This document shows positions 30,554 through 43,348 of a DNA stretch of 64,000 nt, piece by piece. Where the stretch lies: the NCBI GenBank assembly GCA_002269645.1, contig NIVC01003530.1, positions 1 through 64,000 on the forward strand, in the 5' to 3' direction. The notes beneath the pieces were generated by a model. The model was given only the letters and a program-made list of their open reading frames with translations, made no database searches and was not told the DNA's origin. The stretch is from Macrostomum lignano (taxonomy: Eukaryota). Positions within the stretch are counted from its first letter, which is position 1. The number at the start of each line of letters is the position of its first letter. Position numbers and translations under genes: made by a program.

Positions 30554-33500
30554 AGGTACCTGGCCCTGCCGCAGCCCGAGGACAAGGTGCAGTGCATGTA
30601 CATCTGGATTGACGGCTCCGGGGAGAACCTGCGGGCCAAGACTCGAACTGTTGAAACCGTGCCGAAAGATCCCAAAGGTGAGAAGTTGAGACTGAGTTGA
30701 TGAGGCACTCAGGGCTAAAGTACAAAGCTCTTAATGCTTAGCGCGCTTTTTCAGGTGGCATCGGGCGCTCGGGACTCAGTGAGTTCTCTGATTTCTGTGC
30801 CACTGATGAGGCTGGGAGACTGGGGATTGGGAAAGCTGTGAGTTCTCTGATTTCTGTGGCATTGATGAGGCTGGGAGACTGGGGATTGGGAAAGCTGTGA
30901 GTTCTCTGATTTCTGTGTCATTGATGAGGCTGGGAGACTGGGGATTGGGAAAGCTGTGAGTTCTCTGATTTCTGTGTCATTGATGAGGCTGGGAGACTGG
31001 GGATTGGGAAAGCTGTGAGTTCTCTGATTTCTGTGGCATTGATGAGGCTGGGAGACTGGGGATGGGGGCAGTGAGTAGAGTGGGGATGGGCAGTGAGTAG
31101 ATTGAGGATGGGGCAGTGAGTAGAGTGGGGATGGGGCAGTGAGTAGAGTGGGGATGGGCAGTGAGTAGAGTGGGGATGGGGCAGTGCAGAAAGCCAGCCA
31201 CTCCTGCCAGCCCACAGAAACTGGGTGCCCCCACAAGCCAAGCTGCAGGCTGAGCTGGCCTGAGCAGCGGCTCACAAAGGCTGCATCGATCTGTGGCAGC
31301 TCACCTGGCAGAGGCTGTGAGAATTCAGAGAGCCCTGCCACCGGGCTCCTCTGAATGAATTGTGCAGGACCCGTCTCCCCCCACCGCCCTGCCGTCAGGC
31401 AGCTCAGCTTGCAGCTCAATGCACTTCAAAGACAGGCGAACTCAGAGACTGAGATGCTGTTCCATTCTTACCTTTTGAATTTCTCAGCTGCCTTTGCATT
31501 CCACCCAGTGGATTGTGTTTCACACCCAAGTTTTCCCTTTCAGCCTCTCAGCTTGTATTTGCACTTTTGTTGCTAGGATACCAGTGAGACTCAACAGGTG
31601 ATGCGTGGAAAATGATTCAAAACATGATACTACTTATAAGGAATCTAAGAAAAGTAGTATACTGGGTAATTCAAGTAGGCCAGCCGACTTGCCTGCCATA
31701 AATCATAAGAACAATTAGTAATATGAGAATATTATACATTTAGTATATGTGGACTAGCTCACAGCCCCCCTTAGGGGTTCATAAAGTAATATATAATATT
31801 TTCTGCACCTTGTTACAGGCTGAAAATGATGCTAAATATGTGTAGACATACATCAACTTCCCAAATTATCCCATGAGTGCACTCGCACCTAAATTCACTC
31901 CCCGAGCTCCCGCAGACCTGCCCATCTGGAACTTCGATGGCTCCAGCACGGGCCAGGCGGAGGGCCAGAACTCTGACGTCATGCTGCACCCCGTGGCACT
32001 GTTCAGCGACCCATTCCGCGGCGGCTCCAACAAGCTGGTGCTGTGCGAGACCTGCGGCCACGACGGCGAGCCGCTGCCCAGCAACAAGCGGCGCACCTGC
32101 CAGCAGGTGATGGAGCAGGCCAAGGAGTTCAAGCCCTGGTTCGGCATCGAGCAGGAGTACACCATGCTGGACACCGACGGGCACCCGTTCGGCTGGCCCA
32201 AGAACGGCTTTCCCGGGCCACAGGGTCCCTACTACACCGGGGTCGGGGCCCGCAATGTCTACGGCAGGGACGTGGTGGAGTCTCACTACCGGGCCTGCAT
32301 GTACGCTGGGGTGAAGATTGCCGGCACCAATGCTGAGGTCATGCCGGCTCAGTGGGAGTTTCAGGTGAGCTGCTGTGACATTCTGCTTGATTGTCTGACA
32401 TTTTTCTTGATTGTCTGACATTCTGCTTGATTGTCTGACACCCTGCTTGATTGTCTGACATTCTGCTTGATTGTCTAACATTCTGCTTGATTGTCTGACT
32501 TTCTACTTGATTGTCTAACATTCTGCTTGATTGTCTGACAACCTGCTTGATTGTCTGACATTCTGCTTGATTGTCTAACATTCTACTTGATTGTCTGACA
32601 CCCTGCTTGATTGTCTGACATTCTGCTTGATTGTCTAACATTCTGCTTGATTGTCTGACACCCCGCTTGATTGTCTGACTTTCTACTTGATTGTCTAACA
32701 TTCTGCTTGATTGTCTGACAACCTGCTTGATTGTCTGACATTCTGCTTGATTGTCTAACATTCTACTTGATTGTCTGACAACCTGCTTGATTGTCTGACA
32801 TTCTGCTTGATTGTCTGACAACCTGCTTGATTGTCTGACACCCTCCTGGTCCCTGAAACACATTGGCGATTTCCAGTTAGAGTGAACTGCAAGAGAAATG
32901 AAAATCCCTTCTGCCCTACTCAAACAGTGGCGGGCAGTAGTAGTTCATACCGCACACTCACACAGACAGCCGACCCAAACCCCGTCGCCAGGTCGGTCCC
33001 TGCGAAGGCATCGACATGGGCGACCACCTATGGCTCGGCCGCTTCCTGCTGCACCGGGTCGCCGAGGACTTCGGCGTCGCCGTCTCCTTCGACCCGAAGC
33101 CGATGCCGGGCGACTGGAACGGCGCCGGGGCGCACACGAACTTCAGCACGCTGCAGATGCGCCAGCCAGAGGGCATGAAGGCCATCATCGAGGGCATCGA
33201 GAGGCTCGGCAAGCGGCACGCCGCCCACATCCGCGCCTACGACCCGCACGGAGGCGCCGACAACAAGAGGCGGCTCACGGGGCTGCACGAGACCTCCAGC
33301 ATCGACGACTTCAGCTACGGTGTGGGATCGGGATCTGGGATCGGGATCTGGGATCGGGATCTGGGATCGGGATCTGGGATCGGGATCTGGGATCGGGATC
33401 TGGGATCGGGATCTGGGATCGGGATCTGGGATCGGGATCTGGGATCGGGATCTGGGATCGGGATCTGGGATCGGGATCTGGGATCGGGATCTGGGATCGG

Positions 33501-34157
33501 GATCTGGGATCGGGATCTGGGATCGGGATCTGGGATCGGGATCTGGGATCGGGATCTGGGATCGGGATCTGGGATCGGGATCTGGGATCGGGATCTGGGA
33601 TCGGGATCTGGGATCGGGATCTGGGATCGGGATCTGGGATCGGGATCTGGGATCGGGATCTGGGATCGGGATCTGGGATCGGGATCTGGGATCGGGATCT
33701 GGGATCGGGATCTGGGATCGGGATCTGGGATCGGGATCTGGGATCGGGATCTGGGATCGGGATCTGGGATCGGGATCTGGGATCGGGATCTGGGATCGGG
33801 ATCTGGGATCGGGATCTGGGATCGGGATCTGGGATCGGGATCTGGGATCGGGATCTGGGATCGGGATCTGGGATCGGGATCTGGGATCGGGATCTGGGAT
33901 CGGGATCTGGGATCGGGATCTGGGATCGGGATCTGGGATCGGGATCTGGGATCGGGATCTGGGATCGGGATCTGGGATCTGAAATCCTCAAAACCCCCGC
34001 AGGCGTGGCGCACCGCGGCTGCTCCATCCGCATCCCGCGGCAGTGCAGCGATGACGGCTGCGGCTACCTGGAGGACCGGCGGCCGGCCTCCAACTGCGAC
34101 CCCTACTGCGTCACCGAGATGCTGGTGCGCACCGTCTGCCTGAACGAGTCCGGCTGA
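30554..34157 (+). CDS. glul: Glutamine synthetase (GSII); exons 30554-30677 (start at 30521 or in an upstream exon), 31916-32364, 32992-33319, 34003-34157
   Basis: [86 protein letters not shown]...YLEDRRP. GT-AG junctions join in frame. Confidence 0.97.
30779..31185 (+). repeat. 59-bp and ~23-bp minisatellites in a glutamine synthetase intron
   Basis: Read directly from the sequence. Confidence 0.85.
32374..32842 (+). repeat. 20-bp minisatellite (TTGATTGTCTGACATTCTGC) in a glutamine synthetase intron
   Basis: Begins just after the donor at 32365. Confidence 0.9.
33322..33980 (+). repeat. 13-bp (GGGATCGGGATCT)n array filling the last glutamine synthetase intron
   Basis: About 50 near-perfect units between the donor at 33320 and the acceptor at 34002. 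Confidence 0.95.
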
Positions 34158-34387
34158 CACGCCAGGGACAACAGAGCTGTCTTGCGGACAAAAGTGAACA
34201 GAAAAAATTCTCGTCTTATAAAACTGAGCACAATTCACTCAATGTAGATCCGAGCTTGCAGAACTTTGCACTTTCCCTGTCAATCTACGCCCGTATGAGC
34301 AATCAATCGATCAGGTTCGGTTGATTCAACTGAAATCAGTTGATATCAAGATACTTTAATAAATACACGGCACTTGATAGAACTATC

Positions 34388-35094
<707 letters not shown>

Positions 35095-35099
35095 GATGG

Positions 35100-35700
35100 A
35101 GTCGCAGCGGCCTGTGCCCGGTGCCGTGGCTGCTCCGCAGAGCAGTCAACGCCCGGCGGTGCGTCTGCAGCTCGAAATTCCGGCCGAATAGGCTGAAATT
35201 TTATCGTTCGCACGCGAAGATGCACACCAGAGCTTCGCGCTCGGAGGCGGAGCGCTTGCGTTCTGCCGCGCTCAGCGTTCTTGAAGCGAAGGCCACGGGG
35301 CGGCAGTTGCCGAGCTCCTCTTCTTGGGCGAGGACTGCGCCGGCTGCTGTGGCTGAGCTGTCACAAGAACTTCAGGCATGGGGGCGACACGATCAGCGAC
35401 TTCAGAGCCTCAAATGCTTGCGAACGCGAAGGCGCGTCCTTCCGCAGAAGCTGCAGCAGAGGTTCCGCCACCGTCGACAGGATGTCCAGAAAGTGGCCAC
35501 AGAACTGCACCATGCCGACAAACGAGGCGACCTCCTTCTGGCACTTTGGACTCTTGATGCTCGTGATGGCGTCCACGTTGAATGTGGTCGGTCGGAGCCC
35601 TCACTGCTGAGAATAGCCGAGGAACTCCACGCGGTCTCTGGCCCTCTGGCAATTCTCTGTTTAGTCAAATCGCTGCTCCAAGATTTGCACGGAAACCCCA
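35100..35700 (-). pseudogene. Degenerate Ty3/Gypsy RT-connection/RNase H fragment
   Basis: VEFLGY, IKSPKCQKEVASFVGMVQFCGHF...AFEALKSLI, RPVAFASRTLSAAERK..SEREAL, with stops and indels. No LTRs seen. Confidence 0.8.
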
Positions 35701-36261
35701 AACCAGCTACTGACAGTAGAAACGAAAGCAAAAGCCTGTCAATCGTGCAAACTCAGTCAGAAATTGCACAAAATGTCATCAGAAACTCGGTGACAAAAAC
35801 ATCACGCGCTGCCCCGGTGCCCAGAGCTGGGGTGGCTGCTCGCACAGACAGGCAGGCGGGCGGCCTTCAATCTCTCTCTGCAGTCTCTCACAGTGCCTGC
35901 GAACTTCTGTTTTGCATCACGCCACCTGAGTGCATCGCCCCACCTCTGTGCTCGAGCCCTCCGAGTCTCCGAGCCCAGACCGCAGCCCCAGAACAATGGG
36001 GCTCTCCGGCCCCCTCACCGTCCCCGCCCTGCGGCTATCAAAGCCAGCGGCGGCTCTGAGGTGAGCGGCAGCTCGAGTCTCAACTGTTGCCATGGTGACC
36101 GGGCAGATGGGGCAGGTGAGGCTTTACTAATTGCTGCTGCAGGTGCGGCTGGGCTGGAGAGGGCTCTGCTTTTTTATGACTGTTTTGTTATTCTCAGCTG
36201 CTGCGACCTGCCTGCTCAGAAAGTGCAAAGTAAAGAGTTGGACTGCTTTGTGGCATCAGCC

Positions 36262-36790
36262 TGCCTGTGCTGTCTCCCTCTGCTGTCTCCCTCTGCTGTC
36301 TCCCTCTGCTGTCTCCCTCTGCTGTCTCCCTCTGCTGTCTCCCTCTGCTGTCTCCCTCCGCTGTCTCCCTCTGCTGTCTCCCTCTGCTGTCTCCCTCTGC
36401 TGTCTCCCTCTGCTGTCTCCCTCTGCTGTCTCCCTCTGCTGTCTCCCTCTGCTGTCTCCCTCTGCTGTCTCCCTCTGCTGTCTCCCTCTGCTGTCTCCCT
36501 CTGCTGTCTACCTCTGCTGTCTCCCTCTGCTGTCTCCCTCTGCTGTCTCCCTCTGCTATCTCCCTCTGCTGTCTCCCTCTGCTGTCTCCCTCTGCTGTCT
36601 CCCTCTGCTGTCTCCCTCTGCTGTCTCCCTCTGCTGTCTCCCTCTGCTGTCTCCCTCTGCTGTCTCCCTCTGCTGTCTCCCTCTGATATCTCCCTCTGCT
36701 GTCTCCCTCTGCTGTCTCCCTCTGCTGTCTCCCTCTGCTGTCTCCCTCTGCTATCTCCCTCTGCTGTCTCCCTCTGCTGTCTCCTTCTAC
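36262..36790 (+). repeat. 13-bp pyrimidine-rich repeat (CTCTGCTGTCTCC)n
   Basis: Read directly from the sequence. Confidence 0.93.
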
Positions 36791-37278
36791 TTTCCGCTCG
36801 TGTCTGTGCCTGCAGTTGCCATGGACAGAAGGGGATAAAAGAATAAATATATGAGGCGAGATAAAACCAAATGGAAAGTTTCAAACAGAAAAATATATTT
36901 CAAATCGGTGCCAAACAGGTTGAATATAAAAATTTTTCCTCATCTTCATCATTTGAAAAATGAAATCGGGGAATTCGGCAGACCGGGGCAGCGGGAAAAT
37001 CCCAGGCTCTGGAGAAGCCGCCGAGATTTTTCTGAGCAGTGCTCAAGACATTCTGGGATAAGTTGGGTGCTTACAGAAATTGGATACGCATGAAACTTAA
37101 AAGCACAGTCGGGTGCACCCGAAGTACTGAAGATTACATAAGAGTTTAATGGGGTTTGCGATCTGCATCTGAATATTAAATAAATTTGTGCTAAATACCA
37201 GCACAGCATGGGAGCTCAGCTCAGTGAGTGGCGCACTTTGGATACACGGCAACATAAGTGCTTATCTTAGAGTTCTGT

Positions 37279-37650
37279 CATGCCAGTCTGTCACTGACTC
37301 ATGTCAATCTGTCACTGACTCATGCCAATCTGTCACTGACTCATGCCAATCTGTCACTGACTCATGCCAATCTGTCACTGACTCATGCCAATCTGTCACT
37401 GACTCATGCCAATCTGTCACTGACTCATGCCAATCTGTCACTGACTCATGCCAATCTGTCACTGACTCATGCCAATCTGTCACTGACTCATGTCAATCTG
37501 TCACTGACTCATGCCAATCTGTCACTGACTCATGCCAATCTGTCACTGACTCATGCCAATCTGTCACTGACTCATGCCAATCTGTCACTGACTCATGCCA
37601 ATCTGTCACTGACTCATGCCAATCTGTCACTGACTCATGCCAGTCTGTCA
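37279..37650 (-). repeat. 20-bp minisatellite beginning at the ankyrin-kinase B stop codon
   Basis: Minus-strand unit CAGTGACAGATTGGCATGAGT includes the last codon and TGA. Confidence 0.93.
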
Positions 37651-40600
37651 CTGCAGAAATTTGTGCTCCAGCAGCTCCGCGGTGGCCGCTCGCCTCCTCG
37701 GCTCCCTCTGGACGCACCGTCCGTAGAAGTCCCTCAGCAGGGCGGAGGTCCCGGCCGGCAGCTGCGGCATGTCGTGGTTTCGAATCCTCAGCGGGATCTG
37801 CTGCCACATGAGCTGCCAGTTCGGAGGCTGCATCTCTAGCATCTCGAACACGGAGCAGCCGAAAGCCCACACGTCAGTCTTGGGTGAGTACACGATTCTT
37901 CCGTCCTCACTGAACAGCTCAGGAGCCATGAAGTAGGGGGTGCCGCAATCCCTCTTGGTGCTGCGCATCGTGGCGAAGACCTCCTTGGCGAGACCGAAGT
38001 CGATCAGCTTGATGAGGCCTTCGTTGGTGAGCATCAAGTTGGAGCACTTGATGTCACGGTGCAGGGTGACAGGACTGCGGCTGTGCAGGAAGTTGAGCGC
38101 TGCGCAGATCTGTGAGTTGGGGAGCGAGTGAGCAGGGGTGGTGTGGGATCTGAGCTGCTTGGAGAAGTCCCTCACTGCTGCATGGGGTGGTGTGGGATCT
38201 GAGCTGCTTGGAGAAGTCCCTCACTGCTGCATGGGGTGGTGTGGGATCTGAGCTGCTTGGGAAGTCCCTCACTGCTGCATGGGCTGGTATGGGATCTGAG
38301 CTGCTTGGAGAAGTCCCTCACTGCTGCATGGGGTGGTGTGGGATCTGAGCTGCTTGGAGAAGTCCCTCACTGCTGCATGGAGTGGTGTGGGATCTGAGCT
38401 GCTTGGAGAAGTCCCTCACTGCTGCATGGGGTGGTGTGGGATCTGAGCTGCTTGGAGAAGTCCCACACTGCTGCATGGGGTGGTGTGGGATCTGAGCTGC
38501 TTGGAGAAGTCCCTCACTGCTGCATGGGGTGGTGTGGGATCTGAGCTGCTTGGAGAAGTCCCACACTGCTGCATGGAGTGGTGTGGGATCTCACCTGCTT
38601 GGAGAAGTCCCTCACTGCTGCCTCATCGAAGGGCCGTCGCTGCAGCTGCATCAGCTCAGAGAGGCTGTGGCCGGAGATCAGCTCGGTGAAGATGCACAGC
38701 TTGCCCTTCTGGATGCGCTCAGACTTGAGGAACTGCACGATGTTCGGGTGCCGGATGGCCTTCAGGACGGAGATCTCCGCGTTCTCTATCTCGATGGCCT
38801 CGTCCATCAGCCTGGCGCTGCTGGCACCTTCCAGCCTGACGATCTTGACAGCCACAGTCTGGCGCTTATCGGTGAACGCCTTGTACACCTTGCCGAAGCC
38901 GCCTGCTCCGAGCAGCTGCTTGTTGCCGTCACCATCGAGAAGGAAGTCCCAGCTGGAGAAGGCGGGGTCCAGTGACGGCCTCGCACTGAAAGAGGAGTGG
39001 GTTGGGAGACTGAAGCACTGCGGGATGGCTGCAGAAATGGAGAACTGAGCAGGCAGGGAGAGTCTGTCAGCTGATCATTGTGAGCCACTCTTAGCTGAAC
39101 CGAATGCAATTTCCCAAGTGAAAAGTGGAAGACGGCCTGCCTTGCTGACGGAGTCTCCTCGGACTGCGCGTCCACCGCCCGCCGCAGCTGCAAGCCCGAC
39201 ATCGCCTGGCCCAGCCTCCGCTCTTCTCCATCACGCTGGTGCCGCCGCTGCTCTGCGATCCACTCCCGAATCCGAGCTCCGTGCTGAGAGTTCCGCTCTG
39301 CGTAGTCGGCCACCGACTTGCCACCGGAATCGAAAAAGTCGAATGGGGCGAGGCCGAGAGAGTCCGCGATGAGGCGGAGCGAGTCTAGGTCGTGATGCTG
39401 AGCAGCCAGGTGAGCAGGTGTGGCTCCGTTTGAGTCTTTTTCCAACAGACAGGCCGGACCGAGCTCAGAGATGAGCCACTTGAGACAGGAGTTGGTCTCA
39501 TTCATAGCAGCAAAGTGAATGGCAGTGCGTTTGCAATTGCCAGGCTGATGGAAGCAGTCGGATCCGAGGACTGATTTGAAGAACTGCATGGAATCGGCGC
39601 CCTGCTTCCCAGCAGCGAGATGGACGGGAGTGTCTCCGGCTTGGTCTCGAACGGAGAGACAGTCGGTTCCGCACTCGTTCACCAGCCACTTGAGACAGGA
39701 GTTAGTCTTCTTATTCATAGCGGCCCGGTGAATGGCAGTGCGTTGTAAGTAGCCAGGCTGATGGAAGCAGTCGGATCCGAGGACTGATTTGAAAAACTGC
39801 ATGGAATCGGCGCCCTGAAACTTAGCAGCGAGATGGACGGGAGTGTCTCCGGCTTGGTCTCGAACGGAGAGACAGTCGGTTCCGCACTCGTTCACCAGCC
39901 ACTTGAGACAGGAGTTAGTTTTTTCATTCGTAGCGGCACAGTGAATGGCAGTGCACTGGAGTCGGCCAGGCTGATGGAAGCAGTCGGATCCGAGGACTGA
40001 TTTGAAGAACTGCATGGAATCGGCGCCCTGAAACTCAGCAGCGAGATGGACGGGAGTGTCTCCGGCTTGGTCTCGAACGGAGAGACAGTCGGTTCCGCAC
40101 TCGTTCACCAGCCACTTGAGACAGGAGTTAGTAGCTTCATTCCTAGCGGCCCGGTGAATGGCAGTGCGTTGTAAGTAGCCAGGCTGATGGAAGCAGTCGG
40201 ATCCGAGGACTGATTTGAAGAACTGCATGGAATCGGCGCCCTGAAACTTAGCAGCGAGATGGACGGGAGTGTCTCCGGCTTGGTCTCGAACGGAGAGACA
40301 GTCGGTTCCGCACTCGTTCACCAGCCACTTGAGACAGGAGTTAGTCTCATTCACAGCGGCACAGTGAATGGCAGTGCACTGGAGTCGGCCAGGCTGATGG
40401 AAGCAGTCGGATCCGAGGACTGATTTGAAAAACTGCATGGAATCGGCGCCCTGCTTCCAAGCAGCGAGATGGACGGGAGTGTCTCCATCTTGGTCTCGAA
40501 CGGAGAGACAGTCGGTTCCGCACTCGTTCACCAGCCACTTGAGACAGGAGTTAGTCGCTCTATTCACAGCGGCACAGTGAATGGCAGTGCACTGGAGTCG

Positions 40601-41143
40601 GCCAGGCTGATGGAAGCAGTCGGATCCGAGGACTGATTTGAAAAACTGCATGGAATCGGCGCCCTGCTTCCAAGCAGCGAGATGGACGGGAGTGTCTCCA
40701 TCTTGGTCTCGAAAGGAGAGACAGTCGGTTCCGCACTCGTTCACCAGCCACTTGAGACAGGAGTTAGTTTTTTCATTCGTAGCGGCCCAGTGAATGGCAG
40801 TGCGTTGGACTTGGCCAGGCTGATGGAAGCAGTCGGATCCGAGGCTGCGGTGAATGAGCTCCATCCATGACTCATCTCGAAACAAGGCAGCCAGGTGCAC
40901 AGGAGTGTTGCCTCTTTCGTTGGTGCAGGTGAGGCAGTCGGGTCCCAGTTTCTTAATAAGAGCCTCAAAGCAGCGGAGACCGTCGGATAGATAGGTCACG
41001 TGATGAGCAATGGACTGCTCCAACTGTTTGATGTTGAGTGCGAAGTTGGCGTCGAGCTGCCGGCAGAGGGGGAAGAGGCGGCCTGCGTCCTTGGCACGGA
41101 GGGCTGCAGCGACTTCTTCGCGCACTGAGGCTTGCCGGGCCAT
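37648..41143 (-). CDS. Ankyrin-repeat + STE/MAP3K-like Ser/Thr kinase, copy B (exons ~39141-41143, 38595-38985, 37648-38109)
   Basis: Seven 70/71-aa double-ankyrin units, then [36 protein letters not shown] and DVWAFG. Exon 2/3 GT-AG sites and phases are consistent. The exon-1 donor is uncertain (possibly GC-AG, AAG|GCAGGC). Confidence 0.9.
38135..38594 (-). repeat. 49-bp intronic minisatellite (kinase intron 2, copy B)
   Basis: Same unit, derived from the exon-2/intron junction. Confidence 0.95.
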
Positions 41144-41192
41144 GTCTGCAGAGTGGCGCGGACTGCGAGCGCGCTGGGCTGCTCTGTGCCGC

Positions 41193-41199
41193 TTTTATA
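41193..41199 (-). promoter_or_regulatory. TATA box upstream of ankyrin-kinase copy B
   Basis: Same motif, 50 nt upstream of the ATG at 41143. Confidence 0.55.
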
Positions 41200-41337
41200 T
41201 GGGCGGTGCGGAGAGGCGGGCTGAGCGGCACCCGAGCCAGACTACTGTGAGTAGGCAAAGCAGAGTAAACTGCAGATGCTGTGCCGAGTCTGTCAGTTCT
41301 GAGCTCGGAACTCAGCGAGACCGACTGCTGGCCGCAG

Positions 41338-42261
41338 GTGCGCGACACGGGAAGGTGAGCGACACGGGAAGGTGAGCGACACGGGAAGGTGAGCGACACG
41401 GGAAGGTGAGCGACACGGGAAGGTGAGCGACACGGGAAGGTGAGCGACACGGGAAGGTGAGCGACACGGGAAGGTGAGCGACACGGGAAGGTGAGCGACA
41501 CGGGAAGGTGAGCGACACGGGAAGGTGAGCGACACGGGAAGGTGAGCGACACGGGAAGGTGAGCGACACGGGAAGGTGAGCGACACGGGAAGGTGAGCGA
41601 CACGGGAAGGTGAGCGACACGGGAAGGTGAGCGACACGGGAAGGTGAGCGACACGGGAAGGTGAGCGACACGGGAAGGTGAGCGACACGGGAAGGTGAGC
41701 GACACGGGAAGGTGAGCGACACGGGAAGGTGAGCGACACGGGAAGGTGAGCGACACGGGAAGGTGAGCGACACGGGAAGGTGAGCGACACGGGAAGGTGA
41801 GCGACACGGGAAGGTGAGCGACACGGGAAGGTGAGCGACACGGGAAGGTGAGCGACACGGGAAGGTGAGCGACACGGGAAGGTGAGCGACACGGGAAGGT
41901 GAGCGACACGGGAAGGTGAGCGACACGGGAAGGTGAGCGACACGGGAAGGTGAGCGACACGGGAAGGTGAGCGACACGGGAAGGTGAGCGACACGGGAAG
42001 GTGAGCGACACGGGAAGGTGAGCGACACGGGAAGGTGAGCGACACGGGAAGGTGAGCGACACGGGAAGGTGAGCGACACGGGAAGGTGAGCGACACGGGA
42101 AGGTGAGCGACACGGGAAGGTGCGCGACACGGGAAGGTGAGCGACACGGGAAGGTGAGCGACACGGGAAGGTGAGCGACACGGGAAGGTGAGCGACACGG
42201 GAAGGTGAGCGACACGGGAAGGTGAGCGACACGGGAAGGTGAGCGACACGGGAAGGTGAGC
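41338..42261 (+). repeat. 17-bp minisatellite x54
   Basis: 918 bp / 17 = 54 units; paralog of 19216-19935. Confidence 0.95.
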
Positions 42262-43348
42262 CCTGCATAAAGGGAAGGGGAAACTAAGATTGCGGTACAG
42301 GAGAATGGGGACAAATTGAAGAACAAAATGAGCACAAGATATATATCCAGCGCTCCGAATACTGACTCGAACTCAATCCAGCACCTGAATTCTCGAATGT
42401 GCAGATCACATGCAGCAGCTGCTCAGCATCAGTGAGCACTGTTGCACAGGAATTCATGACAGCCGATCAGAGGCCCCTGACGTCACCATGAGCGCCGTCA
42501 TTGCAGAGCAGCATCAGTGAGCAAGTGAGCACAGCGCAACTCACAGAGGAATATTTTACAATCGATTGCAGCTCATAAATCAGACAAGCTGAAGTCGACA
42601 CTCAGAGCGCAGCCTTCTCAGCAACTGCTTGAGCACCTTTGTTTTGCATCAGCCAGCAGGTGGACAGCAGCTTGGAGTGGAGCCACCGATTTTGAGCACT
42701 CTGCTTGCTGAGTAATGTACATTAATGTACTGATGTGCTTAGTGCTGTACTTTTGCAATAAACCGTTATGTTTTAGAGTGCTCCATCACCGGTACAGAGT
42801 GCTCCATCACCGGTACAGAGTGCTCCATCACCGGTACAGAGTGCTCCATCACCGGTACAGAGTGCTCCATCACCGGTACAGAGTGCTCCATCACTGGTAC
42901 AGAGTGCTCCATCACCGGTACAGAGTGCTCAATAACTAACAAAACACGCAAATCTGTGACTTCAGTTTCTGCAGAAGCAGCAACGATGCTCTCCAGACTC
43001 TGTCGAGTCCAGCAAATTTCTCCAAAGTGCAGAATCCTCAGAGCCTCATCAAATATATTTAGTCATCAGGCAGGGCGGCAGGGAGGCGTCAAGCGCTCAG
43101 GAAGCTGGCAGTTCTGGCACCAGACTCTGCTCAGAGCTGCTCACAAATCTGCACTCAGCGGGCTGGCTGAGGCCTCGCAGCTCTGATGGGATTTGAGAAG
43201 CTGCTGAAGTTGAGCACTGCGGGACCTGAGCGACTGGAGCAGGGAGGGACTTAAGCTGATGAGGATGTGCGAGCGACTCTAAATGCAATGCTCTGGGAGA
43301 GTGGGGAGAGGGAGAAAAAGGGATGGAGAAGAGAAGAGAGGTAGAATG

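Noticed and set aside
33311-34238. [13 protein letters not shown] / [13 protein letters not shown] repeat proteins
   Set aside because: They lie inside a glutamine synthetase intron with clear GT-AG ends; the enzyme sequence is continuous once it is spliced out.
35100-35700. RT/RNase H remnant as the helper for the deleted Gypsy element
   Set aside because: Contains stops and indels, lacks the RT catalytic core and LTRs, and its RNase H sequence differs from the young element.
36131-36884. ORFs over the 13-bp repeat, and likewise 52142-53116, 55970-57045, 57364-58438 and 62056-63291
   Set aside because: Low-complexity satellite translations with no start or stop logic.
38807-39140. C-terminal part of the 778-aa ORF as real protein
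   Set aside because: Read-through into intron 1 and an off-frame part of exon 2; the kinase motifs lie in another frame reached by splicing.
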